In this document: one piece after another, positions 31,850-41,126 of the stretch
How the letters are laid out: each line of letters starts with the position of its first letter
How positions within the stretch are numbered: position 1 is the first letter of the stretch
Origin: Candidatus Cloacimonadales bacterium
GTDB taxonomy: Bacteria > Cloacimonadota > Cloacimonadia > Cloacimonadales > JAIOQZ01
Direction of reading: 5' to 3'
Assembly: GCA_963665815.1 (NCBI GenBank)
Contig: OY762463.1
Coordinates: forward strand, 3,296,001 to 3,360,000
Length of the DNA stretch: 64,000 nucleotides
Notes under the pieces: model-generated
What the model was told of the DNA's origin: nothing
The model's input: only the letters and a program-made list of their open reading frames with translations
Databases searched by the model: none
Made by a program: the position numbers and the translations under genes

Positions 31850-32800
31850 TTGAAAAATATTCTTGTAATGGGTGCTGCCGGACAAATCGGGTCAGAATTA
31901 ACACCAGCATTAAGAAAGATTTACGGAAATGCTAATGTTGTAGCATCAGATATTAAAGAAGACGTGCCTGCTGTTCTTTGCGAAGACGGTCCTTACGAAG
32001 TTATAGACTGCCTCGATGCTAAGAAAATAGCTGAAGTTGTTAAAAAGTACAAAATCGATACAGTATACAATCTTGTTGCTTTATTGTCTGCAGTTGGTGA
32101 ACAGAAACCGCTCCTTTCCTGGCAAATTAATATCGGTGGACTTATGAACCTGCTTGAACTGGGCAGAGAAGAACAATTCGCTCTGTTTACTCCAAGCTCA
32201 ATCGGTGCTTTCGGTCCTACAACCCCGAAACAGGGAACTCCACAGAACACAATCCAGAGACCAACATCCATGTACGGTGTAACCAAGGTTTCCGGAGAAC
32301 TCCTCTGTGATTATTATCACCTCAAATATGGAATCGACACTCGCGGTGTAAGATATCCGGGCATCATCTCAAACGTGACACTTCCGGGTGGCGGAACAAC
32401 AGATTATGCTGTGGAAATATACTACGATGCAATCAAAAAAGGTTCATTCACCTGTAATCTCAAAAAAGACACCAGAATGGACATGATGTATATGCCGGAT
32501 GCTGTTAAAGCTGCTATCGAAGTAATGGAAGCCGATCCTGCAAAACTTATTCACAGAAACTGCTTTAACGTTGCTGCAATGAGCTTTGACCCTGAAACAA
32601 TCGCTAACGTTATTGCCGAGCATGTACCGGGATTCACAATTGATTATGACATCGACCCTGTAAGACAGAAGATCGCTGACAGTTGGCCTGATTTCATGGA
32701 TGACTCCGCTGCAAGAGCAGAATGGGGATGGAATCCTGATTTCGATCTGGAAGCTATGACAACAGATATGCTGGAAGTGCTTCGTAAAAGATTAACATGA
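31850..32800 (+). CDS. L-threonine 3-dehydrogenase (extended SDR type)
   Basis: GAAGQIG, LSAVGE, PSSIGAFG, YGVTK, GGGTTDYAV, IADSWP; in an operon with kbl. Confidence 0.9.
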   Translation: MKNILVMGAAGQIGSELTPALRKIYGNANVVASDIKEDVPAVLCEDGPYEVIDCLDAKKIAEVVKKYKIDTVYNLVALLSAVGEQKPLLSWQINIGGLMNLLELGREEQFALFTPSSIGAFGPTTPKQGTPQNTIQRPTSMYGVTKVSGELLCDYYHLKYGIDTRGVRYPGIISNVTLPGGGTTDYAVEIYYDAIKKGSFTCNLKKDTRMDMMYMPDAVKAAIEVMEADPAKLIHRNCFNVAAMSFDPETIANVIAEHVPGFTIDYDIDPVRQKIADSWPDFMDDSAARAEWGWNPDFDLEAMTTDMLEVLRKRLT

Positions 32801-33192
32801 TCTTTGGAATCGGAACAGATATAATAGAAGTCCATAGAGTGAAAAGAAGCATCGAAAAAACTGATGCATTCGAGAAAAAGATATTCACTGAAAAAGAGAT
32901 TGAATACTGCCGATCCAACAAGAAATCGGAGCAGTCATTTGCTGCCAGATTCGCCGGAAAGGAAGCTTTTTTCAAAGCTCTCGGTACAGGCTGGATTGAC
33001 GGAATGAAGTTCACGGATATCGAGATTCTTAATGATGAACTCGGTAAGCCTTATGTGAATATCTACGGTGAAGTTTTAAATAAATGTAATGAAAATAATA
33101 TTGGAAATATCCATATAAGTCTGTCGCATCTGAAAGAATTTGCCAGTGCTTATGTGGTACTTGAAAAAAGGAGTAGTTATGACATTGGATAA
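32797..33192 (+). CDS. acpS: Holo-[acyl-carrier-protein] synthase
   Basis: GIGTDIIE, AARFAGKEAFFKALGTG, GKP, ISLSH. Confidence 0.96.
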   Translation: MIFGIGTDIIEVHRVKRSIEKTDAFEKKIFTEKEIEYCRSNKKSEQSFAARFAGKEAFFKALGTGWIDGMKFTDIEILNDELGKPYVNIYGEVLNKCNENNIGNIHISLSHLKEFASAYVVLEKRSSYDIG

Positions 33193-34402
33193 ATTAAATA
33201 AAGCTCTGAGAACAGAAATCGATGAACTTGTAGCAACAGGAACAGCCAAAGGTGCTGAAATGGTAATCAATGAGATTATCCCCGCAAAAGGTGAATTCGG
33301 ACCACGTTACAAAATCGAAGGTTACGAAGGTGAATTTCTTAAAATGAACGCTAACTCTTACCTCGGCATGTCTTTAAGAAAAGACGTGATCGAAGCGGAA
33401 GAAGAAGCTGCTCAGAAATTCGGGGCAGGTCCAGGAGCTGTTCGTTTCATCAGTGGAACACATGCACCTCATATCGAACTGGAAGAAAGACTGGCTGCTT
33501 TCCACGGAAGAGAAGCTGCAATGATTTTCAGTTCAGCATACGTTACAAGTATGGGCGTTATTTTCCCTCTTACCTCAAAAGAATCAATCATCATCAGTGA
33601 TGAACTGAATCACAATTGTATTATTCAGGGAATGAGGCTTACCAGACCTGCTGCAAAACTGGTCTACAAACACAATGATATGAAAGACCTTGAAGCTAAG
33701 CTCGAAGAAGCTGTTGGCAAAGGTAAAAGAGTTCTCGTTGTTACTGACGGTATTTTCAGTATGCGTGGAGATCATGCTCCATTAGACGAAATCGTTGAAT
33801 TATGCCAGAAATACGATGATAAATTCGAAGAAGGCGTTTTCTCAGTAGTAGACGACTCTCACGGTGTAGGTGCATTCGGACCAACCGGTAGAGGAACAGA
33901 AGAATATTGCGATACTGTTGTAGATATCCTTATCGGAACACTTGGAAAAGCTTTTGGTGTTAACGGTGGTTATGTTGTTACATCTCAAACAGTTGTTGAC
34001 TACCTCAGACAAAAAGCTCCTATGTATATCTACTCAAATCCTATCACTGCTTCAGAAGCTGCTGCTTCCATGAAAGCAATCGATGTTCTCGACAGTGAAG
34101 AAGGTGAAAAAATTCTTGCTCATCTCCTCAAAATGACTAAAAAATTCGAGAAAGGTCTTACTGACAACGGAATGGAAACAATCCCGGGAGATCACCCTGT
34201 AGTTCCTCTCATGGTAAGAGATACAGCAAAAACAACTGCGATTGTACAACACCTTACAGATAATAAGATTCTGGCAACAGGACTTAATTTCCCTGTAGTT
34301 CCAAAAGGTGACGAAGAAATCAGATTCCAGATCTCAGCAGATCATACAGAAGCTGACATTGATTATGTTATTAACGTTCTGAAAGAATACAATAACAAAT
34401 AA
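33179..34402 (+). CDS. kbl: Glycine C-acetyltransferase (2-amino-3-ketobutyrate CoA ligase)
   Basis: NSYLG, VRFISGT, SDELNH, TDGIFSMRGD, DDSHG, GTLGKA (PLP lysine); start at ATG 33179 after AGGAG. Confidence 0.88.
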   Translation: MTLDKLNKALRTEIDELVATGTAKGAEMVINEIIPAKGEFGPRYKIEGYEGEFLKMNANSYLGMSLRKDVIEAEEEAAQKFGAGPGAVRFISGTHAPHIELEERLAAFHGREAAMIFSSAYVTSMGVIFPLTSKESIIISDELNHNCIIQGMRLTRPAAKLVYKHNDMKDLEAKLEEAVGKGKRVLVVTDGIFSMRGDHAPLDEIVELCQKYDDKFEEGVFSVVDDSHGVGAFGPTGRGTEEYCDTVVDILIGTLGKAFGVNGGYVVTSQTVVDYLRQKAPMYIYSNPITASEAAASMKAIDVLDSEEGEKILAHLLKMTKKFEKGLTDNGMETIPGDHPVVPLMVRDTAKTTAIVQHLTDNKILATGLNFPVVPKGDEEIRFQISADHTEADIDYVINVLKEYNNK

Positions 34403-34417
34403 TATACAATTATATCA

Positions 34418-34450
34418 GGGTTGCATATTGCGTGCAGCCCTTTTTATTTT
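34418..34450 (+). terminator. Terminator-like hairpin after kbl
   Basis: GGGTTGCAT-ATTGC-GTGCAGCCC followed by TTTTTATTTT. Confidence 0.65.
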
Positions 34451-34451
34451 T

Positions 34452-35276
34452 ATGAAATACGGAACCTTATACTTAGTACCAACTCCAATCGGTAATCTGG
34501 AGGATATGACATATCGTGCTGTGCGTATCCTGCAGGAAGTGCACCTCATTGCCGCAGAAGACACACGAACATCTGCAAAGCTGATGAAACATTATGATAT
34601 TAGAACACAGATGGTGAGTTACCATAAATTTAACGAGGCTGCTAGATCCGAATCAATTGTTGAGAAACTGAAAGAAGGCAAGGATATAGCTGTAATTTCT
34701 GATGCCGGAAGCCCGGGGGTATCTGATCCGTCAAATATCATTGTGAAGAAAGCTCTGGAGAATGGTATCGAAGTTTCGGCTTTACCCGGAGCAACAGCGT
34801 TTGTACCGGCTGTGACAGCATCGGGCTTTTCTTCTGATTCCTTTCTGTTCAAAGGATTTATACCAGATAAACAGACTTTGAGGCATGAGTTCTATGAGTT
34901 TTTGAGTACGGTTGAATACCCTGTAATAATATATGAAGCTCCTCACAGAATATTGAAGACTCTGGCTGAAATTCTTGAACATTCGGGAGATAGAGATATC
35001 TGTATTGCCCGGGAAATTTCCAAGAAGTTCGAGACGTATTATCGGGGGGCTGTCTCGCAATTTACTGATTCTGAAGAAGTTAAGCTTAAAGGTGAGTTTG
35101 TTGTTGTTATAGGACCTGCGGAACAGCAGGAAATTACTGATGAATATCTCGTCGAAATGGTATTGAAGTATGTTTCCGAAGGTATGAAAACCAAGGCTGC
35201 AGTAAAGAAAACAGCTGAGGAAACAGGTGAGTCCAAGAACAGAATTTACGAGTTGGCAATTCAATACAAATCCTGA
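34452..35276 (+). CDS. rsmI: 16S rRNA (cytidine1402-2'-O)-methyltransferase
   Basis: LYLVPTPIGNLED, AEDTR, SDAG, YEAPHR, REISKKFE, KGEFV. Confidence 0.96.
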   Translation: MKYGTLYLVPTPIGNLEDMTYRAVRILQEVHLIAAEDTRTSAKLMKHYDIRTQMVSYHKFNEAARSESIVEKLKEGKDIAVISDAGSPGVSDPSNIIVKKALENGIEVSALPGATAFVPAVTASGFSSDSFLFKGFIPDKQTLRHEFYEFLSTVEYPVIIYEAPHRILKTLAEILEHSGDRDICIAREISKKFETYYRGAVSQFTDSEEVKLKGEFVVVIGPAEQQEITDEYLVEMVLKYVSEGMKTKAAVKKTAEETGESKNRIYELAIQYKS

Positions 35277-35346
35277 CAGAAAATTCTTGCACATTATACA
35301 CAATTATTGAAAATTGAATTAAACAAAATTCTTCAAGGAGATTATT

Positions 35347-35673
35347 ATGTTCCCTGGTGGAAAAAAAGGAATGAAAGAGCTGCAGAAGCAAGCAATGAAA
35401 ATGCAGCAAGACCTTGCAAAAGCACAGGAAGAAATTGCAAATAAAATAGTAGAAGCATCTGCTGGCGGCGGAATGGTTACAGTTAAAATGAACGGTAAAT
35501 ATGAACTCGTATCATTGAAGATAGATCCTGAAGTGGTTGACTCTGATGATGTAGAAATGCTGGAAGACCTTGTAATGGCAGCATTCAGAGAAGTTCATGA
35601 CAAAATCAGTAATACCAGTAATGATGAACTGTCAAAACTTACAGGTGGAATCAAGATACCCGGATTATTCTAA
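35347..35673 (+). CDS. ybaB: YbaB/EbfC nucleoid-associated protein
   Basis: AGGGMV, DVEMLEDLV, IPGLF; precedes recR. Confidence 0.95.
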   Translation: MFPGGKKGMKELQKQAMKMQQDLAKAQEEIANKIVEASAGGGMVTVKMNGKYELVSLKIDPEVVDSDDVEMLEDLVMAAFREVHDKISNTSNDELSKLTGGIKIPGLF

Positions 35674-36273
35674 ATGAAAGATCCTATTTTTCAGGAACTG
35701 ATTGATCATTTTAAAAAGCTACCCGGAATCGGTGCAAAATCTGCACGAAGGTTAGCTTTTTTTCTTATTCAGTCGGATAAATCCTATCCGTTAAGGTTTG
35801 CCTGGCTCATGGAAAATGCAGCCCATAAGTACAATCCCTGCAAAAGATGTAATATGCTTTCTGAAGAAGAGCTGTGCAGTTACTGCTCAGACGAAGATAG
35901 AGATTCATCGACTCTTTGTGTGGTTCAGGATGTTCAGGATGTGTTTCTGATCGAAGATACAAACAGCTACAAAGGCAAGTACTTTGTACTGGGTGGAGTG
36001 CTGTCTCCATTAGACGGAATTGGCCCCGAAGATCTCAACATATCGCAACTTGAAGGTCTGCTCAGGGAAACGGATATTAAGGAAGTGATTCTTGCACTGA
36101 ATCCGTCCTCCGAAGGAGAGATAACCATGAACTATCTGAGTGATATGCTTGCTAGTCAGGATATTGAGATTTCCAGATTATCAACCGGTATACCTTTTGG
36201 TGGTAATATAGGATATACCTCCTCTGTTACATTATCTAATGCTCTGCAGAGAAGATATAAAGTAAAGAAATAG
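35674..36273 (+). CDS. recR: Recombination mediator RecR
   Basis: LPGIGAKSARRLA, C4 zinc finger, YFVLGGVLSPLDG, TOPRIM domain. Confidence 0.97.
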   Translation: MKDPIFQELIDHFKKLPGIGAKSARRLAFFLIQSDKSYPLRFAWLMENAAHKYNPCKRCNMLSEEELCSYCSDEDRDSSTLCVVQDVQDVFLIEDTNSYKGKYFVLGGVLSPLDGIGPEDLNISQLEGLLRETDIKEVILALNPSSEGEITMNYLSDMLASQDIEISRLSTGIPFGGNIGYTSSVTLSNALQRRYKVKK

Positions 36274-36310
36274 CCGGTGTTAGTTTGTTTGTTTCAACGG
36301 GTTTAATTAA

Positions 36311-36383
36311 CCCTTCGACTCCGCTCAGGGAGCTTGTAATTCTATCATATTCAATAGGATAGGTTGATTGAGCGGAGCGAAGC
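36311..36383. repeat. Inverted REP-like pair
   Basis: CCCTTCGACTCCGCTCAGGG and a downstream TGAGCGGAGCGAAG (reverse complement with one missing base); partial copy GAGTCGAAGGG at 60662. Confidence 0.6.
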
Positions 36384-36460
36384 AACTAAGCTTTGAACTA
36401 AATAAGTGTCAGAAGATAAGCTTTTAACACAGTTATAAATTGAATACACAGGTAAAGAAA

Positions 36461-37093
36461 ATGTTTACAGGTATCATTGAAGAATGCGGAACACTGAAAT
36501 CCGTTAAAAAGCTATCCGGCAGGAATGTTTACACCATTGTCTGCAGCAAAGTGTTAACCGATACGAAGGTTGGAGACAGTATCTGCAGTAACGGGATATG
36601 TCTGACGATTATTGACAAATCCACAGATTGGTTTCAGGCAGAGGTAATGCATGAAACAATTTTGAAAACTACTGCGAGGTTCTGGAAAGCCGGAGACAGG
36701 ATCAATCTGGAGAGATCCATGTCTGCCAATGGCCGATTTGATGGTCATATAGTTCAGGGACATGTGGATACTTCAGCAAAGATAGTTGAACGATATGTTG
36801 TAAATAAAGCTGTGTATCTCGGAATATCTGTGCCGGATGTTCATAAATCCCTGATTGTACCGCAGGGCTCAATTACTGTAAACGGTGTAAGTCTGACAAT
36901 TGCAGAATTGACCGGTTATGGCTTGAAAGTGGCAATAATAGGGCATACACTGGAAGAAACAAATATTACCGATTTAAAAATTGGAGAGAAAGTTAATATC
37001 GAGTTTGATATTGTTGGTAAATACATACAACGTTTTAATCTGCTGAAAAGCAGTAAAGTTACAGAGGAGTGGTTGATTGAACAAGGTTTTTAG
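36461..37093 (+). CDS. ribE: Riboflavin synthase (alpha chain)
   Basis: MFTGIIEE, GDSICSNGICLT, NLERS, GHIVQGHVD, VNIEFD. Confidence 0.96.
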   Translation: MFTGIIEECGTLKSVKKLSGRNVYTIVCSKVLTDTKVGDSICSNGICLTIIDKSTDWFQAEVMHETILKTTARFWKAGDRINLERSMSANGRFDGHIVQGHVDTSAKIVERYVVNKAVYLGISVPDVHKSLIVPQGSITVNGVSLTIAELTGYGLKVAIIGHTLEETNITDLKIGEKVNIEFDIVGKYIQRFNLLKSSKVTEEWLIEQGF

Positions 37094-38369
37094 TTTATTG
37101 GTTGTAGTGCTGCTGGTGATTTCCTGTGGTCATAAAGGAGCTCCATCCGGTGGAGAAGTGGATGAAGTTAAACCTACCGTGAAAAACACATATCCTGCCC
37201 AATACAGTTCAATTGATGAAGGATACATTGAGATTGTTTTCTCCAAACCAATCAAAAGCAGTTCTGTTATTGATAAAATCACTATATATCCTGAAGTCAA
37301 AAAGACTAAGTTTAAATGGGAAAATGCATACACTCTGAGGCTTTATTTTAAGTCAGAGCTTAAGGAAGACACAAATTATACAGTTACTCTTGATAAATCT
37401 ATAACTGGATATCATGGCAACAAGATGGAGAAAGATATGTCCTTTGTGTTTGCCAATGGTGAATTGCAGGAAATGTCTTTGTCTGGTCAATTCAAGTATG
37501 AAGATGAAGAAGACAGAGGTAAAGATGTGATAATTCAGATCAGAGATGAAGATTCTCTTCTTATTCAGTCATCTGTCGCTGTTGGAAGCATATACAACAT
37601 AGAAAACCTCAATAAATCCAGATACATCTTCGATGCTTTTATTGATAAAGATGATGATAAATCCTACGATTATGCTAAAGAACCGATGGCTCATTTTTCC
37701 GCTGAATTTGCAAAGAATATTGTTTTCGATTTCGAATTAGCCTATCAGGATACAATTTCTCCTGCTTTAAACAGTGTTATTGCCCTCAGTAATACAAACT
37801 ACAAGGTAAAATTCTCTGAACCAGTTTCATCTTATGCTGATTTAGCTTTCTTTGAAATGGATTCGCTTAACAATAGAACCAAAATCCCAATTCTGGCAAA
37901 AACAGTAATTGATGATGATTTATATCTCATTACTGATAGTCTTCAAGCCGGTGATTTTGCTATAATTATGACTGATCTGCTGGACGCTAAAGGTAACATT
38001 GCAGAAAAGGATTCTGTGAGTTTTAAAGGATCATCTCATAGCGACGAAAAAGCACCAGAGCTCGTGTCTTCAATTCCTGAAAATGGTGATGTTGTGAGCT
38101 CTTTGAATCCTGAGTTTATCGTCAGTTTTTCAGAAATCATCTATGAGAAAGATTTGAAGATCAGTTTAGTATCTCAGGAAACAGATGAACTTGTGAAGTT
38201 GAGGTTAAAAAAAGGAGCAAATACACACGAATATGTATTTACTCCTGAAAAAAATTTAGTTAACTATCAATCTTACATGCTTACTATAGAGAAATCAACA
38301 TGTGATACTCAGGGAAACAATTTGAAAGAACCGATAGAAATCAAATTTATTACTATCCTCAATGATTAA
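37077..38369 (+). CDS. Lipoprotein with bacterial Ig-like (Big_5) domains
   Basis: Lipobox VISC, PSGG..D..KP, IVFSKPI and VSFSE repeats. Confidence 0.8.
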   Translation: MNKVFSLLVVVLLVISCGHKGAPSGGEVDEVKPTVKNTYPAQYSSIDEGYIEIVFSKPIKSSSVIDKITIYPEVKKTKFKWENAYTLRLYFKSELKEDTNYTVTLDKSITGYHGNKMEKDMSFVFANGELQEMSLSGQFKYEDEEDRGKDVIIQIRDEDSLLIQSSVAVGSIYNIENLNKSRYIFDAFIDKDDDKSYDYAKEPMAHFSAEFAKNIVFDFELAYQDTISPALNSVIALSNTNYKVKFSEPVSSYADLAFFEMDSLNNRTKIPILAKTVIDDDLYLITDSLQAGDFAIIMTDLLDAKGNIAEKDSVSFKGSSHSDEKAPELVSSIPENGDVVSSLNPEFIVSFSEIIYEKDLKISLVSQETDELVKLRLKKGANTHEYVFTPEKNLVNYQSYMLTIEKSTCDTQGNNLKEPIEIKFITILND

Positions 38370-39715
38370 TCAGTCAGGATTATACTGCCTTCAATAGTTG
38401 AAACATTAATCAATGGAATTTCAGCGTTGAATTTTGTGTTAATTACATCAATAAATTTATTTGCCAGAATAGCATATCCACGACTCGTAGGATGAATTCC
38501 ATCGAGACTGAATAACCCACCGGTAATGTAATCACCATTCATCTCAAGACCAAACTCAGAATAATCATCAACTATAGAAGATATAAAAGCATTCATATCA
38601 GCTAATGCGAAGTTATTCGGATGAGAATTAACAGCGTTAACAATTACATTGTTGTACAAATCAGTATGAGTTTCAATTAGTGCTATCTCATCGGCATCCA
38701 GTACAAGTGCATCAGGCCATGGATTTTGCGGATGCAGACCAAATGGGGCAGAGGTAACAATCCCTGCAGGTACATTGCCATTATAATATGCTCCTGTTGT
38801 GTCACCAATAAGAGCTGCTGCTGCAGAACCGTATAATGTAAGAGCAATATTTTTATTGAGCAGATCAGATACTGATGCAAGCCCTGTCGCAACTATTTCA
38901 TCACTCTTCTGATAGAATAATCCCAGAATCTGGGGATTAGCCTGCATAGCTGCAGAAAGTCCTTGAGCTACTTTAGGTCCTATTGTCGTGAAGAAAGGTA
39001 TATCAAGAACTTCAGGTATAGTAGCAATAACACCTTTAGTATTGGCTATCAGTATACTGTCTATCAGTGTATTGTATTGAGCAGCGAAAAGTTCTTCTTG
39101 CAGTAATGGAGTAAGAACACCGGTATGCATTGTACCACCGGAAGTTGCATATCCAAGTACATCGTTGTTTCCTGCCCAGATTGTCAGGAAAGTAGGATGA
39201 GAATTCATTACCTGTTCAAGAACAGTTCCCTTACCTCTTAAAACATGAGTAAAGTAGGGATTATTGGCTCCGGTATATTGAGCAGCCATACATGTTGTAG
39301 AGTCTGTGGCAAGAAGTATATCTGTCAGTAATGCTCCCGGAATACCAAGATTGTTATATGATTCTGCCAGATCACCATTAATAAGTTGTCCATTCATAGG
39401 GTTATCTACAATTGTAGGTGCAAGGTTCTTAAGTTCTTTCCTGTTTCCATATCCCGGATTTTCATATTGTGGTTGAATGTATTGTGTTGAAACTTGCTTT
39501 GCAATCAGATTTCCTATAGAACTACGTTGAGCTCCTTCAAAAAGAGCACCGCTCTGGTATCCGGCAGTGAGGCTGTTACCAATTGACATGAATTTTGTGA
39601 AATCCGCATCACCGGTCGAAGGTGCAGGAGGTCCGGATATGCTGGAACGATCTTCACAAGCAGTAATACTGATAATCAGTACTATTAAAGCGAAATATAT
39701 TACCTTTCTGGACAT
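38366..39715 (-). CDS. SGNH/GDSL hydrolase family lipoprotein
   Basis: Lipobox ITAC, GNSLTAG, NNLGIPG, GNND, DGIHP. Confidence 0.9.
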   Translation of the reverse strand: MSRKVIYFALIVLIISITACEDRSSISGPPAPSTGDADFTKFMSIGNSLTAGYQSGALFEGAQRSSIGNLIAKQVSTQYIQPQYENPGYGNRKELKNLAPTIVDNPMNGQLINGDLAESYNNLGIPGALLTDILLATDSTTCMAAQYTGANNPYFTHVLRGKGTVLEQVMNSHPTFLTIWAGNNDVLGYATSGGTMHTGVLTPLLQEELFAAQYNTLIDSILIANTKGVIATIPEVLDIPFFTTIGPKVAQGLSAAMQANPQILGLFYQKSDEIVATGLASVSDLLNKNIALTLYGSAAAALIGDTTGAYYNGNVPAGIVTSAPFGLHPQNPWPDALVLDADEIALIETHTDLYNNVIVNAVNSHPNNFALADMNAFISSIVDDYSEFGLEMNGDYITGGLFSLDGIHPTSRGYAILANKFIDVINTKFNAEIPLINVSTIEGSIILTD

Positions 39716-39716
39716 A

Positions 39717-40955
39717 TTATTTACCTCCTAATACATAGCTCATATTCAGAGCAAACAAGTGTGCTGTACTGTTGTATACTCCATTGAAAAAAGCATCACC
39801 GTCTGTGTAAGGTACTTCTGAATTAGTTATTTTACGCTCATCGAATCTCAGATAAAGATAAGCAAAATCAAATGTCATTTTCTCATTGATTTTGTAGCCG
39901 AATCCTGTACTTAAACCGAGTCTGTCGGAGTCAGGGAGGGTTGGGTCAATATATTCATCATCAACAGGATTATTATCGTATAGTAAGCCGCCTCTAAGAG
40001 CAAGCTTATCATTTAAAAGATATTCAGCACCTGCTCTTGCTATAAATGTATTATTATAGTTTTTAGGAGCTACTGTAAAAGTATCCGGTTGTGAGAATTC
40101 AATTTTCAGTTCATCATAAGTTGACCAGCCGATAAATTGAAAATCTGCTGTAAGTGTGAGTTTATCCATAGGTTTATAACCGATACCCATTGTAAGATTC
40201 CAGGGTGGAGTAATCTCAGCTTCTGCATCTCCATTTGGAAGAAGTGACATAACAGCATCCGGGGCTTCGGATTCAACTTCACCGTCTATTTCAAGATTAG
40301 CACTATGTCTATATGTTAAGCCTGCAGAAAATTTTTCTGAATGCTTGTAAAAAGCTGAAGCAACAAATGAATAAGTTAAGGCGTCACCGGTAAGTTCGAT
40401 AGTTGCATCTCCGGCAAATGGAGCAAGTGACTTTTTCTTTTCAAGAGTTACATTTCCATAAACGAGGCTTGGTCCAAATGCGACTGAGAATTTGTCGTTC
40501 ATTTTATATGCATATACAGCTGTAAGGTAATATGTTTCAAGAGACGTGTTAACTGCAGCGTATCTGCCTGGCCAGTATTCATCCCATTTTGTTCCCATTC
40601 CATAAGGATTGTTCAGAGATAATGCCCATGAATGTTTTTCTTTACCCGGATTAACATAGTAAAAGTTAACAGGATTGAAATACTGATCTTCAAGATCGTA
40701 TTCACTGACAGATGGATATGGACCACGGAATGAGGCTGAAGGTTTAATTAATGTGAAACCTGCCATAATTTGTTTATTCTCAAAACCGGTTATTGCTGCG
40801 GGATTGAAATATGCAGCAGAAGCATCATCGGCTAAACCTGTAAACGCTCCTCCCATAGCTTGTGCTTTTGCTCCATGTTCATTGATTTGGAAACCTCCCG
40901 CCATCAGTATTGATACTGAGGTACACAGAAGCAAAATAATAATTGTAAATCTCAT
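39717..40955 (-). CDS. OmpP1/FadL family outer-membrane long-chain fatty acid transporter
   Basis: Signal peptide, GGFQINE, DDASAAYFNPA, PYG, PTLPDSDR; start at ATG 40955 after AGGAG. Confidence 0.92.
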   Translation of the reverse strand: MRFTIIILLLCTSVSILMAGGFQINEHGAKAQAMGGAFTGLADDASAAYFNPAAITGFENKQIMAGFTLIKPSASFRGPYPSVSEYDLEDQYFNPVNFYYVNPGKEKHSWALSLNNPYGMGTKWDEYWPGRYAAVNTSLETYYLTAVYAYKMNDKFSVAFGPSLVYGNVTLEKKKSLAPFAGDATIELTGDALTYSFVASAFYKHSEKFSAGLTYRHSANLEIDGEVESEAPDAVMSLLPNGDAEAEITPPWNLTMGIGYKPMDKLTLTADFQFIGWSTYDELKIEFSQPDTFTVAPKNYNNTFIARAGAEYLLNDKLALRGGLLYDNNPVDDEYIDPTLPDSDRLGLSTGFGYKINEKMTFDFAYLYLRFDERKITNSEVPYTDGDAFFNGVYNSTAHLFALNMSYVLGGK

Positions 40956-41035
40956 AATTCTCCTCTTCATACTTTCGATTGAACCAAGTTCAACTTTTAT
41001 TATGAGAAATGGCAACAAAAAAATGAGGAGAATAC

Positions 41036-41059
41036 AAAAAAAGGGAGCATAAAGCTCCC
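41036..41059 (-). terminator. Intrinsic terminator after the 1334-aa gene
   Basis: Minus strand GGGAGC-TTTAT-GCTCCC-TTTTTTT. Confidence 0.75.
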
Positions 41060-41126
41060 AGTCGAATAAATAGAATAATAAAATTATATTAAGGAAGGAG
41101 ATAAATCCCCTTCCCAATATCATGTT

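Noticed and set aside
40956-41123. N-terminal extensions in the ORF track (fadL here; likewise prfA, flgN, flgI, kbl, ribE, rsmI and the 6595 lipoprotein)
   Set aside because: Downstream ATGs fit the family N-termini and mostly have a better RBS; some extensions run through terminators or neighbouring genes
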